From assembly GCA_951406725.2 (NCBI GenBank), contig OX597830.1:19716001-19780000 (forward strand): a stretch of 64,000 nucleotides of DNA, written 5' to 3'. Below the pieces are notes generated by a model. That model was given only the letters and a program-made list of their open reading frames with translations. It was not told the DNA's origin and made no database searches. This document shows, piece after piece, positions 54,222 through 64,000 of this stretch. Every line of letters starts with the position of its first letter. The stretch's first letter is position 1. The position numbers were made by a program, and so were the translations under genes. Source of the stretch: Octopus vulgaris. Lineage: Eukaryota.

Positions 54222-54505
54222 TGAAGCCGTGTGATTTAGTCGTTAGTGTATTCGGTTCACCATCGTATAGTCGTGAGTTCGATTCCGATTGCTCCAGTCC
54301 ACTCAGCTAGCAAAAATGAGTAGTACCTGTATTTCAAAAGGCCAGCCTTGTCATATGCGATGTGTTACGCTGATTGTCCCTGACGACCACGTTAAAGGTA
54401 CGCATGTCTGCGGAGTCCTTAGCCACTTGCACGTTAATTTCATTAGCAATATATTCTGTTGATTGAATCAACTAGAACACTTGTCATTATAACCGACAGA
54501 GTGCT
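54222..54505 (+). mobile_element. SINE family C, diverged
   Basis: Sequence match. Confidence 0.8.
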
Positions 54506-55102
54506 CAACCATAATCGTTGGTGCACTCGGTTATGGTTTGAAATGTCTAAATGACAAACTCAAAAAATGAGTTTCAAGCAAAGGAAGTGGCCATCTCATA
54601 CGCACTTTAGAAATAACATCGTGTTAAGAGAAACCATTCAGTATGTAAACACTCGAGGTTTTGTTACTCAAATGCCAGAAATAAAGCTTTGCTTCTTTGC
54701 TAGGAATCATCCAGCTGCTTTCTTGTTGGAAAAATTTTAATAATTAAGAAAGATAGAAATATAACACATACATAATATATATGTGATGAGTACTTCATCT
54801 TGTCAGCTGACAGCTGTCTCATAATGCATTGTTTTGCCAATGTCTGTTAAGTGCCAGGCTCCATGTGATCTCCGGCGAATTTTAACACTAGCTGATGTTT
54901 TACAAAACATGACTTACGAATATCAATATGTTAATTAGACTTGTCTGTCGAATGAGATTCTTGTATATTATCATACGCATTTGCGGTTCGGGTTCGAACT
55001 GCATACTGCATGAGTAATATATATTGCAGATGTGGTCTTATGTGACTGAGAATCATTGAATGTTTCGATGAGTATGTAGGTGGTTTCACGGAACAACAAG
55101 AG

Positions 55103-55260
55103 CACTGGCTGTGTGGTAAGTAGCTTGCTTACCAACCACATGGTTCCGGGTTCAGTCTCACTGCGTGGCACCTTGGGCAAGTGTCTTCTACTACAGCCTC
55201 GGGTCGACCAAAGCCTTGTGACTGGATTTGGTAGACGGAAACTGAAAGAATCCCATCATA

Positions 55261-55337
<77 letters not shown>

Positions 55338-55529
55338 CTGTGTTTGTCCCTTGAACATCACTTGACAACCGATGGTGTTGTGTTTACGTCCCCGTATTTT
55401 AGCGGTTCGGTAAAAGAGACCGATAGAATAAGTACTAGGCTTACAGAGAATAAGTCCAGAGGTCGATTTGCTCGACTAAAGAGGCGGTGCTCCAGCATGG
55501 CCATAGTCAAATGACTGAAACAAGTAAAA
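55103..55529 (+). mobile_element. SINE family A
   Basis: Sequence match. Confidence 0.9.
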
Positions 55530-55729
55530 TCAACTCAGCTAAATATGTTTGTTGTTGATTTCCAGAAAGCTTTCTATCATTTTCAAGAGACAAGTAGATG
55601 CAAATCATTTTGTAGGTCATACAGACCTTGTAGCACAACTCTGCAAAATAATCGTATGATTCATCGTTTTTGTATTGCATTCTCATTTACGGCTAGCAGT
55701 ACCATATCCAAAATTTCCCACATACTTTT

Positions 55730-55915
55730 CCATAAACCAAAAACTAATTCAAACCTCAACAATCTAGAATGGAAAAATATAATTGAACTACAAAACGACA
55801 AGGGTCTGACAGTTAAAGAAGCAGACAAAGGAAGTACTGTAGTTCTGATGGATACAGATTACGACAAAAGCCTAGTATTGTCCATGCTAGAAAACGATAA
55901 CATATGAAAACTGCT
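55730..55915 (+). pseudogene. Penelope-like element RT N-terminal fragment
   Basis: SNLNNLEWKNIIELQNDKGLTVKEADKGSTVVLMDTDY matches the PLE NL..E..AL..L.....I.I..ADKG..VV.M...Y motif. Confidence 0.85.
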
Positions 55916-56011
55916 GCTAGTATCAGTAAAATGTTACACTAAGACAGTAAGACGTCGACTGCAGAGCGACAAAATTCTAATAGCAAGACATCAATTGATC
56001 ATCCACAGAAG

Positions 56012-56350
56012 TGAAGGCGCATGGCTCAGTGGTTAGAGCGTCGGGCTCACAATACTCAGGTAGTGAGTTCGATTCCCGGACCGGGCTGTATGTTGTGTTC
56101 TTGAGCAAGACACTTTATTTCATGTTGTTCCAGTTCACTCAGCTGTAGAAATGAGTTGCAATGTCACTGGTTCACTGGTGCCAAGCTGTATCGGTCTTTG
56201 CCTTTCCCTTGGATAACATCGGTGCCGCGGAGAGGGGAGCCTGGTTTGCATGGGCGACTGCTGGTCCTCCATAAACAACCTTGTCCAGATTTGTGCCTCT
56301 GAGGACAACTTTCTAGGGGCAATCCCATGGTTATTCATGACTGAAAGGGG
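56012..56350 (+). mobile_element. SINE family E
   Basis: tRNA-like head GGCGCATGGCTCAGTGGTTAGAGCG..GAGTTCGATTCC. Confidence 0.9.
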
Positions 56351-56544
56351 ATCTTTTATCCACGGAAATTAATCCAGTGTTATTTGAAACTTTATTGGGA
56401 TCATAAAAACTGACCTTATGAAGAGTGGCTTATAAACCTGGTTCGTGTCGAAACAACACTGGCGCGTTGCATCTATTGTTCCTTTAGTTCGTGGTCCATC
56501 AAACTTAAGGCGCACTTCCGAGTGGATTGCATTAGATTAGATTG

Positions 56545-57310
56545 CCAATGTTTAATCCACTGCAGGATGAAGTATCTAAGCATGTTTACTCCACAACCAT
56601 GGTCTGAGGTGGAGGTCATGCATTTGAGCTGGAGATCATATTAACTTGATGAGCCTACTCTGCCACACTGGCATGACATAGCTCGGCAGAGTGATTGCAG
56701 TTCTTTTATATTCATGTCCAGGAATTGTTAAGTCGATTATATCGACTCCAGGTACACATACGCAAAATTCTACATTTCTGGGTAAAGATATATGCAAAAG
56801 TCTAGCAATGCCCACCCAATGAAATATGCGTTCTGCAAAGTGGAAGCACTGGCATTTAGATAATCCTTCTGGCTCATGGATACCAGCCAGGAACTGCATG
56901 GGTGCAACTGTTGTCTGTGGACTTTATGACATGTCCCAACACTGTGAAACTTGTGCTTTCAGCATTCTGCGATCACGTCGTTCACTCCTCTTCTTTCTGA
57001 AATTATCGCATTTCCAATGATTTTTTTAGCATGGATCTTTCAATGGCCCTTTGCGTCGTAGCCAATCGATATTTTACCCCTCTTCGTAATAGCCCACGTC
57101 TCATTTGCATATAAGAGCTGATAGGACGGAGCTATAGAAAAGTCTGGCTTTAGGGTCTTGTCCAGGTTTGACCTGAGCACATCGAATACCATCTTAAAAC
57201 TTAAAATATACTTAAAACTTATCTGGGTATTCTGAAGAATTACCATACGGATTTGACCATTCATAGTTGCACTATATTCCAGCAGAATGGTGCACCTTGC
57301 CAGTCTGCAA
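56545..57310 (-). pseudogene. RTE-clade LINE 3' fragment
   Basis: Minus-strand LLYANETWAITK and QRAIERSML motifs; end resembles FILQW. Confidence 0.75.
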
Positions 57311-57471
57311 AATGCGTCAAAAGTTATATATCACTCTAGAGAATAAAAGTCCAGGATCTGTAGGGAATTTTATAAAAAACGAAAAGCTGCAGCTTATAAC
57401 TCTTCATCAATTCAGAATTTAAAAGAGAATAGACTTAAAGGGTTGCTTACAGGAGATAACCACGAATACTC

Positions 57472-57858
57472 CTTTACTTTTACTTGTTTCAGTCATGTGA
57501 CTGCGGCCATGCTGGAGCACCGCCTTTCGTCGAGCAAATCGACCCCAGGACTTATTCTTTGTAAGCCTAGTACTTATTCTACCGGTCTAGTACTTATTCT
57601 TACGGGGACGTAGACACACCAGCATCGGTTGTCAAGCGATGTTGAGGGGGGAGGGACAAACACAGACACAAACATATACACACACACACACACACACTTA
57701 TACGACGGGCTTCTTTCAGTTTCCGTCTACCAAATCCACTCACAAGGCTTTGGTCGGCCCGAGGCTATAGTAGAAGACACTTGCCCAAGATGCCGCGCAG
57801 TGGGACTGAACCTGGAACCATGTGGCTGGTAAGCAAGCTACTTGCCACGCAGCCACTC
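57472..57858 (-). mobile_element. SINE family A
   Basis: Sequence match. Confidence 0.9.
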
Positions 57859-59990
57859 AAAACATGACCAAAATCATACTTGATATTGCGTCTAAATTGG
57901 AGGCTAAGATGTAGAAAAGAAGGTATTGACTGAACGATTCATCAACCATCAAACAATCGATTAATTCGTCAAATGGTTCACCATTTGACAAATGAAATAA
58001 AAAGAAGTGAAAAAGAACCAGTGCGTATATTTATTATTAGCATAATAAACCATCCGATATATAACAACATTAACTGACATTAACTTCTGTAATAAATAAC
58101 TTTACTGATTTCAGGAAGCCAGCCAGCCAGCCATCTTATCTATTATTCTGGTGAATACACAAGCAGGATAGAGAGATGCTTATGAAGTATTTCCCTGGTG
58201 AGGAAAGTACAACCCAACATAGGTTAGTAGTTAGTGACTTCAGATTTAGAGCTAGACGGTCTCAGAGAAAACAAACCTGTCTGGAAAAGGAAGGCATGAA
58301 TGTTTAAAGATCCATCGGACTCTCATACATTTAGAGAATTACTAACTGAAGCATTTGAAGAGGAGGAGGAAGACGAGGAAGAGGGGGAAGAGGAGGAAGT
58401 GGAGGAAGAGGAGGAGATTAGAGCCGTATTGCACAAAGGACAACTAGAAGTTCCAAGAGGAAAACCTGTTGCGTATTACAGACCAAATCCATATTTGGTG
58501 TAAAGTTCCAGCTGGCCGAAGATGACTCGGTGGTTAACAACAAAATTAAAGACACAGGTTTGAAACATTGGAGAATGGAGGGCAGCAGAGAACTATAATA
58601 GGTAACTAGATGGGAAGTTCGGTAAAGAGAGAAGCAGAAATCAAGAAGTTTGTCAATGTTCTGTATTGTGGGGCGTTTCATATTGTTAGACAATATATTA
58701 AAAAAGAATCGATATGCTGTGGATGAGAAGTGTGCACGGATGGATAATGGCGTGCTTACACTTAGTGATTCAGAAAATAAAGAGGCAAAGAAAGCCATTA
58801 CATGTGGAGAATGCATGGGAGAAAGAGGGTCTTCCCAGTGTGGACTCAGCAGAGAAGGGATTAGTCATTCGTGTACAAAGCAGCATGACAGACAAAATGA
58901 TTGAGGATATGAATTAAGGAGATGAAGGCAGGGCAAGCTCCTGGCCTATCACGCATAATTTCTGGTGGTGTAGGTTGAACAAAAAGTCATACACAATGGC
59001 TGGCGCAGCGCCATCATAATCATAAGAGTAAAAGAGATGCCTTACAAAGAGATAATTACAGCAATATCAAATTGCTGGACCAAGTCATGGAAGCCGTAAT
59101 CTTCAATAACCTTCCGTAACAATAGCTCAGTTGATTAGGGAGAGAATTATCCTTGATGAGATGCAATTCGGTTTTGTGTCAAGAAGTATTACTGATGCCC
59201 TCTTCCTAATGAGACAGCTGCAGTAGAAGTACTTACCTAAGAGCAAGCCGTTGTACTTACTATTGGTTGACCTTGAGAAAACCTTCGAAGGGTCACTCGC
59301 TTTGTGATCTGGTGGTCTCTGAGGAAGTTTGTAACAGACGAATAGCTTAGGAAAGCCATAGAAACCATGTACAGAGGTGCTGTTTGCATGGTGAGAATTA
59401 ATAATGTGTACAATGAAGAATTCGGTGTGCAGGTTAGGGTCCACCAGAGCCCAGTTCCCAGTTCCCAGTTCCCAGTTTCCTCTCTATTCATCATAGTCCT
59501 TCAGACCATAGCAGTGGAGTTTAAAAGCAGACTCTCGTGGGTATTCCTCTATGCTGATAACGTCATTCTTATAGCCGAATCTGTAGGAGGAGTGGATTCA
59601 AAACCTGGAACCAAAGGGCCTCCGAGTTAACTTATCAAATGACTAAAGGTTTAGTAAGAAAACAGACAGAATTCTGCTTCAATCAAGGAAATGGTCTTGC
59701 TGGCTATGTAAAATGGAGTAGGAAGAAATTCCATACGATGTACCCAGTGCTATGGAAACCCAAGGGGTGCAGTGGTAACAAAGGCGGTTTTACAGAGAAT
59801 GTTGACTTTGTTCGTGATAAACGCGCAGGAGCAATAAACACCTAGAGTACGCGGGAAATGTCCAGATGATCCCTGGAGATAATCGTTAGCTTCGTTACTT
59901 ATGTGAATTAATTACCAATGAAGGAGACTGTTCTGAATGTATAATAACCAGAATAAGTACATGATAGAGAAAACCTTTCAATTGGTCTTC

Positions 59991-60327
59991 TCTGGCTCAT
60001 GGATACCAGCCAGGAACTGCATGGGTGCAACTGCTGTCTGTGGATTTTATGACATGTCCCAACACTGTGAAACTTGTGTTTTCAGCATTCTGCGATCACG
60101 TCGTTCACTCCTCTTCTTTCTGAAATTATCGCATTTCGGAGATACTCTGGCAATGATTTTTTTAGCATGGATCTTTCAATGGCCCTTTGCGTCGTAGCCA
60201 ATCGATGTTTTATCCCTCTTCGTAATAGCCCACGTCTCATTTGCATATAAGAGCAGATAGGACGGTGCTATATAAAATTCTGGCTTTAGGGTCTTGTCCA
60301 GGTTTGACCTGAGCACATTGAATACCA
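59991..60327 (-). repeat. Near-identical copy of 56868-57191 (RTE fragment)
   Basis: Direct comparison: few substitutions and one ~11-bp indel. Confidence 0.9.
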
Positions 60328-60450
60328 CCTTTCTTCATAAGGAGGGCGATAAAGATAAAGATCTAAAAACTACCTCATATGCTTCTTGTCTCACTTCTAC
60401 AAGCTGTTTACAAAAGTCATGTGTCACCAGTCTATAACAGTATAAGATTA

Positions 60451-60645
60451 CAGTAATCCCTCCACTATCGCGGGTGTTATATTTAAAAAACCCTCGCGAT
60501 TGCTGAAAATCCGCGAAGTAGAAACAGTACTGTGTATTTTTTTTATTATTCTTATATTCGTTTTATCACAACACTACGGGTGAATCGACGCAAACTTAAA
60601 TAATAAACCGCGATAGGTGAACCGCGATATGGCGAGGGGTTACTG
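60451..60645. mobile_element. Tigger/pogo-like MITE
   Basis: TA|CAGTAATCCCTC...GAGGGGTTACTG|CA TIRs. Confidence 0.8.
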
Positions 60646-60875
60646 CATGCTGGAGGAAGTTCATGAAGCTACTACTTTTGTTGGTAATAAAAATTCTCTC
60701 TTTCTCTCTCTCTCTCTCCGTTTCCCTCTCTGTTTCAGTGAAAGATAGACTAGACTGTATGATGCTTGTGTACGAACTGCAATGTTACATTGTAGTGAGA
60801 CATAGGCTCTGAATGCAGAGGACTTACAAAGACTAGAAAAAAATTAAGCAAACATGCCTCATTGCTAGAAATAAC

Positions 60876-61097
60876 TATTTCTTTATTACCCACAAGGGGC
60901 TAAACACAGAGGGGACAAACAAAGGTATTAAGTCGATTGCATCGACCCCAGTGCGTAACTGGTACTTAATTTATCGACCCCGAAAGGATGAAAGGAAAAG
61001 TCGACCTCGGCGGAATTTGAACTCAGAACGTAACGGCAGACGAAATACGGTTACGCAATTCGTCCGACGTGCTAACGTTTCTGCCAGCTCGCCGCCT
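60876..61097 (-). mobile_element. SINE family B monomer
   Basis: TSD CTCATTGCTAGAAATAAC at 60858-60875 and 61101-61118. Confidence 0.93.
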
Positions 61098-61579
61098 TTA
61101 CTCATTGCTAGAAATAACACTTACATCTCCCTCTATGTGCAGTCTAATATCATGAAAAAGGAAGAGTATATAGTATAATGTAGACAAAGACGAAATTATG
61201 CCAGAACAAAACTAAAAACAAAGCAAAACAGCCAGGGTGGTCACGGATGGATTGCCTTAGATCATATATCCACTAAATCGTAGTTGACTTGGGTTAAACA
61301 ACAACAACAACAACAACAGAATTAGCAATAAATATCGAGTCAATGAAACAGGTTGTACGCGGGCTGCTGGCAGAAAGAGCAGCCAAACCCTTTCGCAAAT
61401 TAAACTCCACCGAAGGCAGTGAGGTTCAAGTTAAGGAAAATCAAGAACAACAATTAGAACATCAGTAACGGTTTAGCCCAGCAAAGTAATAAAACGGTGG
61501 AGTGGTCATGGCCGGAACGCTTTTTAGCATAGGTTCGTCCAGTCAAGGCTGACCTTGGTTTAAATAACAACCCACCGCA

Positions 61580-62125
61580 TGCAGATGTAGTAATGAGGTT
61601 AAGAAGCTCACTTGAAACCATGTGGTTTTGAGTTCAGTCTCACTGCGCGGCATCTTAGGCAAGTGTCTTCTACGATAGTCCCAGACCAACCAATAGTTTC
61701 TGGAAGAAATTGGTAGACGAAAACTGTGTGGAAGCCCGTTGTACATAAGTGTATGTGTGTCAATGTGTGTTTGTGTCTGTGTTGACAACCGGTGTCGATT
61801 TTTTGTTTGTGGTCCCGTAACTTAGCGGTTGTAACTTCGCCAAAAGTGATCGACAGAATAAGTATCGTCTTTTAAAAAAGAATAAGTGTGTGTGTGTGTG
61901 TGTGTGTGCGTGTGTGTTTGTCCGAAACCCCCCCCCCCCCCGCCCACCGCTTGACAACCGGCGTTGGTGTGTTCAAGTCCCTGATACAAGAAGCTGATAG
62001 AATAAGTACCAGGTTTTAAAAAAATAAGTCCTGGGGTCGATTTGTTCAAAAACAAAAACAAAAAAAAAACCTTCAAGGCAGTGCTCTAGCATGACCGCAG
62101 TCAAATCGACTGAAACAAATAAAAT
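61580..62125 (+). mobile_element. Diverged SINE family A with internal 3' duplication
   Basis: TTGACAACCGG..GATAGAATAAGTA segment occurs twice. Confidence 0.8.
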
Positions 62126-62706
62126 ATAACAGATAAAAAAAATAAAGTATACAAGACATACCATTCATTAAATATACAATTAACGACAATTATCAATTAT
62201 CGAAAGTCTAGCAAATAGCCATACCTTACGATCGGCTGCATTAATAACAGCATATATTTGCCTCTATCAAATACAGCCGACATCTTCTTCTGCCTCACCG
62301 CACAGCGGTCCCCCAAAATTTGGGTTGTTTGAACCATAAAGAATAAAATACGTCAATAAAAAAATTCATTCTTTTCAAAATCTTGGCGCAAAACCAAGAC
62401 TTTTTGAATACAAGAAGCGTAAGAAGCGTTCTTTAAACGGACTTCATTTATCAGTCGTTCTCAGGTTAGTAAATCTATCTGTCTGTCTGTCTGTCTCTTT
62501 CTCTCTCTCTCTCCCTCTCCCTCCCCCTCTCTCTCTCTCTCTATCTTTTGACGCATACGAACACAAACTAGTCATTTTCCAATTATATTGCAATATACAC
62601 TCTCTCCCCACCTCTCTCTCTCAAACACACACAAATGTTCTTACACGCGCGCGCGAACACAAGCACATTCACATACGTGTGTCAGCATATATTTTGATTC
62701 ATTGTT

Positions 62707-62758
<52 letters not shown>

Positions 62759-62770
62759 GCTATCTATCTA

Positions 62771-62810
<40 letters not shown>

Positions 62811-62897
62811 TCTATCTACCTGTCTGTCTGTATACTGTCTATTTGTCTGTCTGTCTGTCTATCTATCTATTTATCTATCTATTTGCCTGCCTCTCTG

Positions 62898-62971
<74 letters not shown>

Positions 62972-63390
62972 GTTGATAACGACTTCAAATGCGAAGCGGT
63001 GAAATTGGACGGATAACGTCAAGGAATAAATAAGCAAATCATTAGAGCAGCTCCAACTACTCGTGACAGATGCAAGGGACTAGTGTAGAGTATGTCATCA
63101 ATACGGTATCCCTTCGATCTTATCGGTTGATAGTTCTGGCAAATAAGCAATTAGTCCGTTACATTTAGTTTCCAACAAATACAGTTGTAAGTCCAAAGAA
63201 ATATGAAAAACCTTTAACGCAGTCTTGTCTTCGCTTCGATATAACACGTTTGAAGGAAAAGCTGTTTCATATATATATATATATATATATATACCAATTA
63301 TATACGTTTTTATTATTTTTTTGCAATTTACTAAATCATTGGTATTTTATTGTTATTTTAATTTTGATATTTCTAGTATATGTAATTTTC

Positions 63391-63805
63391 TGATCTTTTC
63401 GGTTTGAACGGCAGTTTTTAACATAATTTCAAGGTAACTAAAAAATTTTAAACTTCGTATACTGGTAGAATGTGTTTATAAAACATCTTTTTCTCTTGGC
63501 TTTATTGAGAAAATTCTATAGTTTGTAAGATATTTGTTGTTTTTTTTTCTTCAATTTCTGCAATTTCAACCAATCAAATACGTCTATTTTAGGTGAAGAC
63601 ATTGTGCCGTATGAATATGTCCCTCGTTTAAGAAACAGATTGGGTTTATTTACATTTGTGAAGAAAAAAGATACCCTTCCCCCCACTCCTAACCCTAACC
63701 CTAAAACAGATTGAAATGCAATAGATCGATACTAGGATCATAATTAAGGGTGACAATTTCATATGACACCGCTAGAAAAAACTGCCGTTCAAATCGAAAA
63801 GATCC
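63391..63805. mobile_element. MITE with ~27-bp TIRs and 8-bp TSD, containing (CCCTAA)~3
   Basis: GATCTTTTCGGTTTGAACGGCAGTTTTT / AAAAACTGCCGTTCAAATCGAAAAGATC; TSD TAATTTTC at 63383-63390 and 63806-63813. Confidence 0.88.
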
Positions 63806-63849
63806 TAATTTTCTCGATGGTGTAATTTAATTGTTCATTTTGAATTGAT

Positions 63850-63962
63850 AAAAGGTGTTTTTTTTCTAATTTTTTATATGTATATATTATATTGTGTGAA
63901 ATTTGATTTAGTATTTCTAAATTGAAATTTTACCCCTGTAAGTTAGGATTAATATTCCCTCA
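63850..63962 (-). repeat. TA-adjacent repeat homologous to the 31662-31765 insert
   Basis: Reverse AGGGAATATTAATCCTAACTTACAGG..AAATCAAATTTCACA matches 31663 onward. Confidence 0.75.
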
Positions 63963-63964
63963 AA

Positions 63965-64000
<36 letters not shown>

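Larger units (their letters stand above)
58130..60865 (+). pseudogene. Long decayed RTE-clade LINE (APE C-terminus to RT C-terminus) with nested insertions
   Basis: PGEESTTQHRLVVSDF, QFGF..SITDALFLMRQLQ*KY..LVDLEKTF, FLYADN, RLYDACVRTAMLHCSET. Confidence 0.88.

Noticed and set aside
56012-56090. tRNA-like sequences with A/B boxes (also 6410, 10183, 22031, 38915, 51050)
   Set aside because: They continue into SINE bodies, several with TSDs, and I could not fold a convincing cloverleaf; SINE heads rather than tRNA genes.

Overview
Eukaryotic, very repeat-dense intergenic or intronic DNA. The SINE families and the (TA)n/(CA)n/(TATG)n/(TAA)n load resemble an octopus (coleoid cephalopod) genome; that is inferred from recall, not searched. 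I can support no intact protein-coding gene: nearly all listed ORFs are microsatellite or SINE translations. The window holds more than 40 tRNA-derived SINE copies in about 5 modular families (labelled A-E here). It also holds three non-autonomous Helitrons, several MITEs and decayed transposase/RT relics (maT/DD37D, mariner, Penelope-like, R4/Dong-like, RTE, APE-LINE). Most notable: (i) minimal type-I hammerhead ribozyme motifs in short TA-embedded Penelope-pLTR-like units (26.7 kb core intact, two decayed copies at 42.5/42.75 kb, a half motif in a 29.7 kb fold-back); (ii) a SINE that inserts as head-to-tail dimers/trimers with a fixed palindromic junction, two of them inside a single TSD; (iii) head/tail shuffling among SINE families; (iv) a triplicated, splice-site-bounded, coding-like 87-nt cassette at 19-22 kb. 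Coordinates were read by eye, and the boundaries of degenerate elements are approximate.
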